Assembly: GCA_964016885.1 (NCBI GenBank)
Contig: CAXHJY010001001.1
Coordinates: 62,001-126,000, forward strand
Reading direction: 5' to 3'
DNA from: Eledone cirrhosa
Lineage: Eukaryota
Length of the DNA: 64,000 bases
Below are positions 51,301 to 64,000 of this stretch, in pieces. The notes beneath the pieces were generated by a model that was not told the origin of the DNA, ran no database searches, and saw only the letters and a program-made list of their open reading frames with translations. A program made the position numbers and the translations under genes. Position 1 is the first letter of the stretch. Every line of letters begins with the position of its first letter.

Positions 51301-53379
51301 AGAGGTGTGTTGGCTCGGACAGAGACCAGCGGCTAGAGGTGTGTTGGCTCGGACAGAGACCAGTGGCTAGAGGTGTGTTGGCTCGGACAGAGACCAGTGT
51401 AGAGGAGTGTTGACTCGGACAGAGTCCAGTGGCTAGAGGTGTGTTGGCTCGGACAGAGACCAGCGGCTAGAGGTGTGTCGGCTCGGACAGAGACCAGCGG
51501 CTAGAGGTGTGTCGGCTCGGACAGAGACCAGCGGCTAGAGGTGTGTTGGCTCGGACAGAGACCAGCAGCTAGAGGAGTGTTGGCTCGGACAGAGACCAGT
51601 GGCTAGAGGTGTGTTGGCTCGGACAGAGACCAGCGGCTACAGGTGTGTTCGCTCGGACAGAGACCAGTGTAGAGGTGTGTTGGCTCGGACAGAGACCAGC
51701 AGCTAGAGGTGTGTTGGCTCGGACAGAGACCAGTGTAGAGGAGTGTTGGCTCGGACAGAGACCAGTGGCTAGAGGTGTGTTGGCTCGGACAGAGACCAGT
51801 GGCTAGAGGAGTGTTGGCTCGGACAGAGACCAGTGGCTAGAGGTGTATTGGCTCGGACAGAGACCAGTGGCTAGAGGTGTGTTGCCTTCGACAGAGACCA
51901 GTGGCTAGAGGTGTGTTGGCTCGGACAGAGACCAGCGGCTAGAGGTGTGTTGGCTCGGACAGAGACCAGTGGCTAGAGGTGTGTTGGCTCGGACAGAGAC
52001 CAGTGGCTAGAGGTGTGTTGGCTCGGACAGAGACCAGTGGCTAGAGGTGTGTTGGCTCGGACAGAGACCAGCGGCTAGAGGTGTGTTGGCTCGGACAGAG
52101 ACCAGTGGCTAGAGGTGTGTTGGCTCGGACAGAGACCAGCAGCTAGAGGAGTGTTGGCTCGGACAGAGACCAGCAGCTAGAGGTGTGTTGACTCGGACAG
52201 AGACCAGTGGCTAGAGGTGTGTTGGCTCGGACAGAGACCAGCAGCTAGAGGTGTGTTGGCTCAGACAGAGACCAGCAGCTAGAGGTGTGTTGGCTCGGAC
52301 AGAGACCAACGGCTAGAGGTGTGTTGGCTCAGACAGAGACCAGCAGCTAGAGGTGTGTTGGCTCGGACAGAGACCAGCAGCTAGAGGTGTGTTGGCTCAG
52401 ACAGAGACCAGCAGCTAGAGGTGTGTTGGCTCAGACAGAGACCAGCAGCTAGAGGTGTGTTGGCTCGGACAGAGACCAACGGCTAGAGGTGTGTTGGCTC
52501 AGACAGAGACCAGCGGCTAGAGGTGTGTTGGCTCAGACAGAGACCAGTGGCTAAAGGTGTGTTGGCTCAGACAGAGACCAGCGGCTAGAGGTGTGTTGGC
52601 TCAGACAGAGACCAGCGGCTAGAGGTGTGTTGGCTCGGACAGAGACCAGCAGCTAGAGGTGTGTTGGCTCAGACAGAGACCAGCAGCTAGAGGTGTGTTG
52701 GCTCGGACAGAGACCAGCAGCTAGAGGTGTGTTGGCTCGGACAGAGACCAGCGGCTAGAGGTGTGTTGGCTCGGACAGAGACCAGCAGCTAGAGGTGTGT
52801 TCGCTCAGACAGAGACCAGCGGCTAGAGGGGTGTTGGCTCGGACAGAGACCAGCAGCTAGAGGTGTGTTGGCTCGGACAGAGACCAGCAGCTAGAGGTGT
52901 GTTGGCTCGGACAGAGACCAGCAGCTAGAGGTGTGTTGGCTCGGACAGAGACCAGCAGCTAGAGGTGTGTTGGCTCGGACAGAGACCAGCGGCTAGAGGT
53001 GTGTTGGCTCGGACAGAGACCAACGGCTAGAGGTGTGTTGGCTCGGACAGAGACCAGCAGCTAGAGGTGTGTTGGCTCGGACAGAGACCAGCAGCTAGAG
53101 GTGTGTTGGCTCGGACAGAGACCAGCGGCTAGAGGTGTGTTGGCTCGGACAGAGACCAACGGCTAGAGGTGTGTTGGCTCAGACAGAGACCAGCAGCTAG
53201 AGGTGTGTTGGCTCAGACAGAGACCAGCGGCTAGAGGTGTGTTGGCTCGGACAGAGACCAGCAGCTAGAGGTGTGTTGGCTCAGACAGAGACCAGCAGCT
53301 AGAGGTGTGGTGACCCGGACAGAGACCAGCAGCTAGAGGTGTGGTGACTCGGACAGAGACCAGTGTAGAGATGTGTTGA
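21334..53379. repeat. 34-bp tandem satellite, ~32 kb (~940 units), with higher-order repeat structure
   Basis: Unit CTC(G/A)GACAGAGACCAG(C/T)(G/A)GCTAGAGGTGTGTTG(G/A); occasional 32-bp variant CCAGTGTAGAGG; variant blocks recur at fixed offsets. Confidence 0.98.
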
Positions 53380-53632
53380 TCCACAAAAGTGATAGGGAGA
53401 GGGGAGCAAAGGAAGAAAATGAATGAGACAAGATCACACAAACATCATCTGATCACTTCAGCTCTCAGACCGGCTGTGGTTTCACGTGATTTATCCCTTT
53501 ACCATTTAAACTGGTCATATCCGGCCACAATCCTCTCACCTCTTTCTGCTGAAACCGGCTGTAACTGGCTGCTCATACTGATGTTAAGGTATTGTTCTTA
53601 AAATATGTAATATCAAAATCTCATAGATTCTT

Positions 53633-54554
53633 TATTATGTGAGGTAAAGCTTTACTGTGAAAATACAATAGTATATATAGAGCAATGTAAATGTTATGTG
53701 AGGTATTATGTGAGGTAAAGCCTTTACTGTGAAAATACAATAGTATATATAGAGTAATGTAAATGTTATGTGAGATATTATGTGAGGTAAAGCCTTTACT
53801 GTGAAAATACAATAGTATATATAGAGTAATGTAAATGCTATGTGACATATTATGTGGAGTAAAGCCTTTACTGTGAAAATACAATAGTATATATAGAGTA
53901 ATGTAAATGTTATGTGAGATATTATGTGAGGTAAAGCCTTAACTGTGAAAATACAATAGTATATATAGAGTAATGTAAATGTTATGTGAGATATTATGTG
54001 AGGTAAAGCCTTAACTGTGAAAATACAATAGTATATATATAGAGTAATGTAAATGTTATGTGAGGTATTATGTGAGGTAAAGCCTTTACTGTGAAAATAC
54101 AATAGTATATATAGAGTAATGTAAATGTTATGTGAGATATTATGTGAGGTAAAGCCTTTACTGTGAAAATACAATAGTATATATAGAGTAATGTACATGT
54201 TATGTGAGATATTATGTGAGGTAAAGCCTTTACTGTGAAAATACAATAGTATATATAGAGCAATGTAAATGTTATGTGAGATATTATGTGAGGTAAAGCC
54301 TTTACTGTGAAAATACAATAGTATATATAGAGTAATGTAAATGTTATGTGAGATATTATGTGAGGTAAAGCCTTTACTGTGAAAATACAATAGTATCTAG
54401 AGTAATGTAAATGTTATGTGAGATATAATTTGAGATAAAGCCTTTACTGTGAAAATACAATAGTATCTAGAGTAATGTAAATGTTATGTGAGATATTATG
54501 TGAGGTAAAGCCTTTGCTGTGAAAATACAATAGTATATATAGAGTAATGTAAAT
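53633..54554. repeat. 72-bp minisatellite (~13 copies)
   Basis: TATTATGTGAGGTAAAGCCTTTACTGTGAAAATACAATAGTATATATAGAGTAATGTAAATGTTATGTGAGA; explains the 24-aa periodic ORFs. Confidence 0.95.
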
Positions 54555-54854
54555 GGTAAAGGGTTAAGATATCTCCCAATTCATAATGCAGTCCAATCAA
54601 TCAGGGAAATATATTGATACTTCTAGACCATATCAACTTTATTATTTAATAGTTTGTGAGGGAGGTGGGACATCTTAGATCTCCCTTTAACTACCATAAC
54701 GTGTGGCATAGCAAGTATTTATCATAAAATTTATGACATTTTATATTAGAAGCTTGTCATATTTTATGAGCTGTGATTTAGTTGGTACATCTAACGGATC
54801 TCTGAACGATGGAGAGACCTGGTACTGGGGTGGGGGTGGAGGGTGGATGTTTAT

Positions 54855-55189
54855 AGAGAGAGGGAAAGAGAGAGGAAGGTATAGAGAGAGGAAAGTATAG
54901 AGAGAGGTAGAGAGAGGGTAAAAGAGAGTGAAAGGAAGGTATCTAGAAGGAGAGAAAGAGAGAGGGAGAAGAAGATATAGAGAGAGAGGGGAAAGAGAGA
55001 GAGGTAGAGAGGAAGGTATGTAGAGAGAGGAGAGGAGAGAGAAAGAGAGAGAAAGCGGGAGAGAGGGAACTGTGTAGTGAGTTTAACATCTTGTTGGTAG
55101 ATTAGTTACAATGATAAATTGAACTTAGTAACATTGAGTATTGATAGTAGGTCACATATATATATATATATATATATATATGTATTATA

Positions 55190-55226
<37 letters not shown>

Positions 55227-55555
55227 GTGTATATATATATATATATATGTGTATATATATATATAGATATATATATATATATATAGGTGTCTATGTGTGA
55301 ATATATGTCTTTATTCGTATGTGTGTATTTATGTATGTATATGTTTATGTGTATGTATGTATGTGTATGTATGTATGTATATATATATATATATATATAT
55401 GTATATGTATATATATATATATGTATATTATTCTTTATTATTATAATATAACTTATGTGTATATGTGTATAAGTGAGGTTGTGTATGTGTATATAATATG
55501 TGTATATATAAGTGTAAAAAAATATATATATATATATGTGCATGTCTGTTTTTTA

Positions 55556-55596
<41 letters not shown>

Positions 55597-55715
55597 GTGT
55601 GTATATATATATATATATATATATGTGGGTGTTTGTATGTGTATTTATGGTGGTATGAGTGTGTGGATATATATGTTTATATATATATATATATATATGT
55701 GTATGAGTGTATGTG

Positions 55716-55754
<39 letters not shown>

Positions 55755-56055
55755 ATATATATGTATATATATATATGTGTATGTATGTGTCTATATATAT
55801 ATATCTCTATTAATGCGTGTGTGTATGTATATACATATGCCTTTTTATTATTATTTTTATTTGTATGTCTGAGTTAGGTGAGGTTGTAGTGTTTTTTATG
55901 TATATACGCATATATGGAAGCGTATGTATTTATATATATGAGTATAAGTAGGTGCATATGTATGTATGATTATATATCTAATTCTATGTATGAGTGTACA
56001 TCTATATATATATATGTGTGTATGTAAGTTGTGTGTGTATGTATCTATATGTCTA

Positions 56056-56104
<49 letters not shown>

Positions 56105-56183
56105 CGATGTGCGTATATGTATGTACATATATGTACATGTATGTGTGTATGTATGTGTATGTATATTTAGATGTATGTGTATG

Positions 56184-56226
<43 letters not shown>

Positions 56227-56470
56227 ATATATATATGGATATATATCTTTATTATTTATTTTTTATATATATGTGTATGTGTGTATGTGTTGCGTGTGTG
56301 TGTGTGTGTATATATATATCTTTATATATGTGTATGTGTATGTTCGTGTAAGTGTATGTGTGTGTATGACTGTATATGTATGTGTGTATGTGTGTATGCG
56401 TAAATATTTCTATGTGCGCGTACATGTATGTATGTGTATATATCTGTATGTGTATGTATATTATATTATA
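54855..56470. repeat. GA-rich tract followed by (TA)n/(TG)n low-complexity tracts
   Basis: Direct reading. Confidence 0.9.
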
Positions 56471-57042
56471 TTTATTATATTTTATTGTTTTATTTTTTTA
56501 TTTTTCTTAATTTATAGATACATTTATATTAGGCAGTCTGCTCAGACAATTGAATACTGACCCCTCCCCCCCCTCCCACCTAATTTCTGTATCTTGATCT
56601 TGAAATGTGTGTGCCAGTGTTTTATGTGAGTGATTTAATATCCATGTGCTTATGATTTTATATCCACATATATAAATGTGAGTGGGGGTGTGTGTGTGTT
56701 TGTATGTTCGTGGTTATGTGTATATTTATGCATATACGCGCGTGTATGTGTGATTGTACTGATATGTGTGAGTACGAAAAAATATATTTATATGCTTGAC
56801 TCCATAAGTATCAATGCGCATCTTATCAGCGCATTTTAAGCTTACAGAGATATTAACCTTGAAATTTTGTGTTTGCATCCATCTTTTTAGTATGCGTATA
56901 CAAGTTATACATACATTTTTGTAAAATATGTGTAAGGATTTTACATGTATATACACACACCGAACTGCTTTTAACCCTTTGTGTTTTCATTGGTCAATTT
57001 TGAACTGAAATTTTGAATTGTTGTTATTATCAATAAATATAC

Positions 57043-57197
57043 TTCATTATTTCTGAAGACGGCGTATATATGTGTTAGGTATGTATATTTAATCTTGATA
57101 ATTTGTATAATTTTGTATAATTTTGTACATAGATCTGTTGAATATGCATACCAATTATAACACATATATACCCTAGAAACGATCGTTAAATAATGAA
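57043..57197 (+). ncRNA. Type I hammerhead ribozyme with very long helix II
   Basis: TTCATTATTT-[CTGAAGA]-..GTATATATGTGTTA GGTATGTATATTTAA..TTGAATATGCATACC..TAACACATATATAC..-[GAAA]-CGATCG-TT^-AAATAATGAA: perfect 10-bp helix I, palindromic helix III ACGATCGT. Confidence 0.8.
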
Positions 57198-57254
57198 CTT
57201 TTTTTGTTTAATATAAGGAATTGTTTATTCATTATTTGTTTAATATTTTATATA

Positions 57255-57355
<101 letters not shown>

Positions 57356-57500
57356 GCTGTGTGTGTATATGACTAGTATCTGAAATGTTAAGACCCTCTT
57401 CCTGTTATTTCAAGCGTTAAACTAATATATTTCTTCCATGTATTGTGTTGTTTGGTTTGTTATTTTTGTTATTACTTTTAAATGTATATACATATATATA

Positions 57501-58412
57501 TCATCATCAACATCATCATCATTTAACGTCCATCTTCCTCACTAGCATGGGTTAGACGGGAGTTGTCCCACTTGAGCCAAGGCTGTTCGAGTGACCGTGT
57601 CTCTCTCGTATAGGACTATCTGGCAGGTTTTCTACGGCTGGATGCCCTTTCTAACACCAACAACATATACAGCGTGGACTGGGAGGTTTTTACCGTGTTA
57701 CCTACATGGCCACATTACAGCGTGGACTGGGAGGTTTTTACCGTGTTACCTACATGGCCACATTACAGCGTGGACTGGGAGGTTTTTACCGTGTTACCTA
57801 CATGGCCACATTACAGCGTGGACTGGGAGGTTTTTACCGTGTTACCTACATGGCCACATTACAGCGTGGACTGGGAGGTTTTTACCGTGTTACCTACATG
57901 GCCACATTACAGCGTGGACTGGGAGGTTTTTACCGTGTTACCTACATGGCCACATTACAGCGTGGACTGGGAGGTTTTTACCGTGTTACCTACATGGCCA
58001 CATTACAGCGTGGACTGGGAGGTTTTTACCGTTTTACCTACATGGCCACATTACAGCGTGGACTGGGAGGTTTTTACCGTGTTACCTACATGGCCACATT
58101 ACAGTGTGGACTGGGAGGTTTTTACCGTGTTACCTACATGGCCACATTACAGTGTGGACTGGGAGGTTTTTACCGTGTTACCTACATGGCCACATTACAG
58201 TGTGGACTGGGAGGTTTTTTGTCGTGACCCATACACGATCTCATTTATTTGGACTGGATGTTGTGGTACCAACATAACTTTACAGAGAAAGGGTGGTGTT
58301 GGTGGAAGTGGGAGGATAGGGTAGGGGTAGTGGGTTGGGGTGTATATTTGGTTAAGAGGTGCCTACTGACTGTAGGTTTCGCTTTGTACATAGGCAAGGC
58401 GGGTCTTCTGTA
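57501..58412 (-). mobile_element. RTE 3' UTR fragment (second subfamily) carrying an internal tandem expansion
   Basis: Reverse complement of ~18745-19151; (CAT)n at ~57502. Confidence 0.85.
57669..58219. repeat. 48-bp minisatellite (~11.5 copies) derived from the RTE 3' UTR
   Basis: ACAG(C/T)GTGGACTGGGAGGTTTTTACCGTGTTACCTACATGGCCACATT; single-copy in 15650-15715 and 18930-18997. Confidence 0.93.
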
Positions 58413-58573
58413 TTATATATCTATTTGATCTATCTCTCTCTCTATATATATATATATGTATATACATATGTATATATATACATATATATATATATATACA
58501 TAAGTACCTATATATATATATATATATACATATGTATATACATACATAAGTATATATATATATATGTATATAT

Positions 58574-58911
58574 GGAGGCACATGGCTTAGTGGTTAGAGC
58601 ATTGGCCTTGCAATCGAAAGGTTGTGAGTTCAATTCTCAGACCGGGTGATGTGTTGTTTTTTTGAGCAAGACACTTTATTTCACATTCCTCCAGTTTACT
58701 CAGCTGTAGAAATGAGATGATAGGGACTGGGGTCCCTATCATTCCACTGCAAAGTGGTCGTGGAGGTGCCACGGCAAAAAATCACCCAGCACTCACTGTA
58801 AATGAGGTTGGTGTTAGGAAGGGCATCCAGCTGTAGAAATCAAGCCAGAATCAGTTCCCGTCCCACCCTTGCAAGCAGGGAAAAGCGGACGTTAAATGAA
58901 ATGATGATGAT
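58574..58911 (+). mobile_element. tRNA-derived SINE with RTE-derived 3' end (second full copy)
   Basis: Highly similar to 15934-16278; TGGCTTAGTGG and GAGTTCAATTC boxes. Confidence 0.88.
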
Positions 58912-58942
58912 ATATATATATGTATTTTTTTTTTTTTTTTTT

Positions 58943-59169
58943 ATATAGATGAGATTCTACAGGACTAGAACTGTTTCATTCTTTAGAAATCACCAGGAAT
59001 CTGGCCAGATTCCTGATGATTTCTAAAGAATAAAACAGTTCTAGTCCTGTAGAATTTCATCTATATGAAAACTTTTATACTCTGCTATGTATTGAGTACC
59101 TTACTTACTGTGGTTACCTCTGATTCAACCCGGAATAACTTACCTTATATATATAAGGTAAGTTATTCC
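58943..59169 (+). mobile_element. Fold-back Penelope-like unit: 62-bp loopless palindrome arms (58943-59066) carrying HHRs, a tail, and a 38-bp terminal palindrome
   Basis: Centre CTGG|CCAG; HHR 59007-59057 (+, GAAA>AAAA) and 58952-59002 (-, CTGATGA>CTGGTGA); tail with TTGAGTAC; 59132-59169 perfect palindrome. Confidence 0.78.
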
Positions 59170-59188
59170 ATATATATATATTTATATA

Positions 59189-59272
<84 letters not shown>

Positions 59273-59377
59273 AACATATATATATATAAACATATATATA
59301 TATATATATATAAATATATATAAATATAAATATATATAAATATATATATATATATAAATATATATAAATATATATAA

Positions 59378-59469
<92 letters not shown>

Positions 59470-59541
59470 ATATATATATAAATATATATATATAAATATA
59501 TATATATAAATATATATATATATGTATATAAATATATATAT

Positions 59542-59636
<95 letters not shown>

Positions 59637-60105
59637 GTGCCAGTGTTAACCAGTGTATATTTACAATCTCCTCAACAATATGGAATCCTTTTCAGTCAAT
59701 CTGATCCATCTTTACTTGATCTTAGTAACACACCAGTAGTGTGTATATACATATATATATATATATAAACATACATATATATGTATAAACATACATATAT
59801 ATGTATGTTTATATATATATATATATATGTATCTATGTACATATATATGTGTATGTGTATATATATGTATATAAATGTATGTTTTTATATATATATATAT
59901 ATATATATGTATCTATGTACACATATATGTGTATGTGTATATATATATGTATATATATGTGTATATATAAATATATATATATATGAATGTTTAATTATAT
60001 ATATGTATCTATGTACATATATATATTTATATATATGTGTGTATATGTATATATATATATATAAATATGTATGTTTATATACATATATATCTATGTAGAT
60101 ATATA

Positions 60106-60169
<64 letters not shown>

Positions 60170-60171
60170 TA

Positions 60172-60460
60172 TATTATAATAAAATAACAGGTGGCTGGAC
60201 TGGTGTAAATCCTTGAAAGGTTTATTATACTTTGATCATTTCAATGACCGGGTTCTGTATGAATCCGGTGATATCATCAGGTATTCGAAAAATAATAAAT
60301 GAATATAACAGATAAACTCCATGGGGCTGAAAATCATAGACACAAGTCCAGCCTCCTGTTATTTTATTATAATAATTAACTCCGTACTCGCACCCCCAAC
60401 TACACAAACGAAGACGGTTGAGCTGCTTTACGTTGAGTACTCTCCATATTATTACATCAA
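60172..60460 (+). mobile_element. Fold-back Penelope-like unit: 35-bp arms (60172-60206 / 60340-60374), internal antisense HHR, tail with TTGAGTAC
   Basis: Arms with 2 mismatches; abuts (TA)n. Confidence 0.68.
60227..60284 (-). ncRNA. Decayed type I hammerhead ribozyme
   Basis: Minus: ATAC-[CTGATGA]-T ATCACCGGATTC ataca GAACCCGGTCAT T-[GAAA]-TGATCA-AA-GTAT; U16.1 replaced by A. Confidence 0.65.
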
Positions 60461-62277
60461 GATTGACAATACAGAATGACCAACTCTATCCAGTGGTGAA
60501 CCTTCAAACCTAAATAAATAATGCTCCTGAAATGTTGAGCACTTCTAGATGTAATAATTGTTTCTACTTTAGGCACAAGGCCAGCAATTACCCAGTGCAT
60601 TACTGGTACTTTATTTTATCGACCCCGTAAGGATGAAAGGCAAAGTCAACAATAATGAACAGCGGCATGGGACTGACTTGATCTACTCACCATTCGGATT
60701 TTGGCTACTCTGCGCTTTGTCTACCACCCACCTGGTCCAATGCTACTTCCCTGTCGGGAATATTCAGACTTCGACAAAATTCTACGGATTATACCATAAC
60801 CTGTATTGTATAGACTGATTTCTCTACCCTATACTTCAGGGCCTTTGTAATTCTCACTGAATTGTGAGACTCGAACACACACTGTTTCCATCTCTTCCAT
60901 CCTCTGTATCTATATGAATTATCTAACTGCAACTTGTATTTCCCCTGTGTTTTGATGTCTCCGATATGTTCTTATACACTTCCGTTTTACTCCACCACCA
61001 CCCTTGCTATGACGGCGTTTTATTTATTTATTTATTTATTTATATATTTCTACCTTTTTACTTTATTAATGTGCTTTTATCTTCGTATTCTGCTTATATT
61101 TATCTATGTATTTTTTTGTTTTTTGTTTACTGTTCCTTTTATTTAGGTATAATTTACTTATAACCCGGACTATCTGGGGACCTAGATATAGTCTAATTGT
61201 GCTTTTCATCGGGTTTTATAATTGATTACACGCGATGATCCGACTGGTGTGGTGGTTTTCCTGGCTGCGCGCCCGGCGCCCTGGTGCATAAGCCTCCCTT
61301 GAGTGCTTGGAAAAATAAATTTCCCCTTCTTTCGGTAAATGAAATTACTCGGAGCAGCTTGCTTCTCCCCGTGCCCCGCCACGCTGCGGTTTTGACTGCC
61401 ATATAGTACCTTTAAATTCTAGGCCTAATTATTGTATAACTATTAGCTGTATCATGCTTCCCTCTACTGGCACTTACACAAATCCCCCTCCTGTGTAAAT
61501 TAATAGTACTCGTTTGGTATAACGATGGCCTAACGACGATGGCTGACTTCCCACTAGCACACCCGAAGCTTAGAACAGTTACATTCCTCGAGTGCTCAGA
61601 AAAATTGATTTCCACATCTCTCCCTAGACGATTTCACTCGGAATGGCTGACACGTGGTTAGGATGGGCTGGCCGGAGTCTGCAGTCGTCGCGTGCTCTTT
61701 GACTGCTAAACAAGGACTTAATCTTTACTCTATATCCCACCCTGAAAACCTATCGAGGATCTCTATAATACACTTAAAATTTTTTCATAAAAGACTCTCT
61801 CTGTAAATTCTTTAACTAAATCTCGCAACCCAAACCTTTAATTTTTTTTTAAACTGTTTCATTTTTAATTTTCTAATTTTTTTAATTTTCTAATTTTTTT
61901 AATTTTATAATTTTAATCTTTAATTTAATTTTTTTAATTTCATCCAATAAATCTAAACAAAAATTTAATGTTCCAATGTTCAGTTCACACATTATACCAT
62001 GCAGACGCCCCCTATATATACCTCTGTTATAATATATACCTCTGTTAAGATATAGGTTCTTTAGAATAACATTTTTCGCGGCAATTCCTAGCCTGATTGT
62101 AGCATGACGTTAACGCTGACTTTTCTTCTTTCTTTCTGTCTTTTTTTTTCTCTTTGACCGGGAGGTTAGTAGCACATTATAAGCTTTCGTCCCCTCACCA
62201 GATATTACATTGAATATTGCTACATGGAATGTTGGAAGACTTCTCGCCAAGGAATCATCCACAAATCCAGAACAGAA

Positions 62278-62596
62278 CTACATGGCTGAATACAATAAAT
62301 GTAATCTGAGGCCGATCAGTCACTGTGTATTTTTGAAAATAGCATATATTTTCACTAGCTCTGACAGTTTGGCAGGTGAACAGTGAGCTGTACTGATAAA
62401 GGGTGATACCCAGAAACATTAGTGTCTGCAGTTCTGTCCACATGCCAACACAAGAGCAAGAATGAAGGGTTCATTCTATTGACATGGCTATAAAATTGAG
62501 GCTTGTTTGTATAATTGCAAACGAATCGAATGTTACTATTAATATTTGAAAAACTCAGATTTCATTTATTGTATTCAGCCATGTAGAGCAAAATTT

Positions 62597-62602
<6 letters not shown>
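62278..62602. repeat. Dispersed repeat copy bounded by 33-bp inverted repeats (62278-62310 / 62554-62586)
   Basis: CTACATGGCTGAATACAATAAATGTAATCTGAG vs CTCAGATTTCATTTATTGTATTCAGCCATGTAG (1 mismatch); body homologous to 5933-6227. Confidence 0.75.
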
Positions 62603-62653
<51 letters not shown>

Positions 62654-62655
<2 letters not shown>

Positions 62656-62770
62656 CATCATCATCATCATCATTGTAGTCATTTAACATCCACCTTCCAT
62701 GCTACCATGGGTTAGATGGGTTGTCCCATTTGAGGCAAGTCGTGTCAGGTGACTATATCCTGCTCATACA
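62654..62770 (-). mobile_element. Very short RTE 3' terminus
   Basis: (CAT)n then TTTAACATCCACCTTCCATGCTACCATGGGTTAGATGGGTTGTCC, the reverse complement of the RTE 3' end. Confidence 0.75.
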
Positions 62771-62774
62771 AAAC

Positions 62775-63119
62775 ATAGACATACATATACATACATATTT
62801 ATATACATATACATATACATATAAATACATATACATACACACACATATACATACATATACATACACATATACATACATACACATATACATACATATACAT
62901 ACATACACATATACATACATACACATATACATACATACACAGTATGTATATTTTTTAAACCTGCTTTTTAAAACCTGTTTTCGCAACTATTCTCCTGCAT
63001 TTGAAATTTTCTCCATTTCTAACAACATATATATGTTTACATACCTATATATATATATATACATATATATGTATACATACATATATATGTATACATATAT
63101 ATGTATGTTTACATACATA

Positions 63120-63179
<60 letters not shown>

Positions 63180-63698
63180 CATATATATATATACATATAT
63201 ATATGTTTTGAATAATGGAAGTCTATATATAAATTTGAGCGACTTCTGTCCCTCCATGAGTCAGATAATGTATGTGTGTGTGTGTATGTGTGTAAATGTA
63301 TGTGTGTGTAAAAGGAAGGCAGGAAGGGGATGATGAAAAGACTATAGCAAAACAGCGGCTGGCGTTCCATTTGCTACGCTGTGTGTGAGTGTATGTGCGT
63401 GTGAGTTTCTGTGAACGTATGTGTGTGTGCGTTTGTGTAAATGTATGTCTGTGCGTTTGTGTAAATGTATGTGTGTATTTTTGTAAATGTGTCTGTGTTT
63501 GCACGTTTATATTTATATACTCATACATATAAATGTATGAGTATGTACATACACACATGCACACACATATATACACACACGCACACACATATATACACAC
63601 GCACAGACATATACACATACGAGTACACATATACACACACATACATACACGTACACATATATACACACACGCGTACACATATACACACACACATACAC

Positions 63699-63729
<31 letters not shown>

Positions 63730-63785
63730 TATACACACACATATATACACACGTGTACACATATATATAGATACACACACGTGTA
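62775..63785. repeat. (TA)/(CA)/(TG) low-complexity tracts
   Basis: Direct reading. Confidence 0.9.
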
Positions 63786-64000
63786 AATGTGTTGAAAAAG
63801 ATTCTCATAAAACAAAAAGCGAGGATTAGTTCCTAATTATTGTTTTACGATCGTTTCAGAAGGTTGACTGATCACGATAGATCGATATATTGATTACATA
63901 TTACTGGTATCGATATTATAGTTCTATCTCGCCTCAGAAATACAGTCGTTTAAAATAACAGCCAATCAGATCGAATCTTGGAATGTATTTCGCGTGATTG

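Noticed and set aside
21334-53379. Short ORFs (MCWLGQRPAARG...) in the 34-bp array
   Set aside because: By-products of 2-bp deletion variants shifting frame past the TAG; no coding signal.
53633-54554. 72-bp repeat resembling C2H2 zinc-finger DNA (TGTGAGATA..TGTGAGGTAAAGCCTTT, like CEICGKAF) and the 251-aa minus ORF
   Set aside because: Period is 72 bp rather than 84, the frame is broken, and there is no HxxxH or TGEKP linker; the minus ORF is just an open periodic frame.
54557-56980. AAAGGGTTAA / TTAACCCTTT piggyBac-like termini
   Set aside because: They face outward rather than enclosing an element, and the match is only 10 bp.
60660-62270. Possible promoter or exon in the moderately CpG-rich unique region
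   Set aside because: No recognisable ORF, splice pattern or motif that I can support from sequence alone.

Overview
Eukaryotic, gene-free and repeat-saturated window. The (TA)n/(TG)n tracts, (GAT)n-tailed RTE LINEs and tRNA-SINE families suggest an octopod cephalopod (inference only). It holds a 52-bp satellite (1-4888), a ~32-kb 34-bp satellite with higher-order duplications (21334-53379), 72-bp and 48-bp minisatellites, one intact RTE LINE ORF (APE endonuclease + RT + PHD-type finger, 1039 aa), several truncated RTE copies, and SINEs sharing the RTE 3' end. The main hidden signal is in the short unique islands between microsatellites. Read by eye on both strands, they contain about ten type I hammerhead ribozyme (HHR) motifs from several unrelated families, mostly in fold-back 'inverted arm + direct arm + tail' units typical of Penelope-like element pseudo-LTRs. 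Highlights are a 397-bp-arm palindrome with an HHR on each strand and a 593-bp tandem unit carrying two HHRs with a compensatory U3-A8 core (retrozyme/circRNA-like). All structures were folded by hand; no database search or activity data were available.
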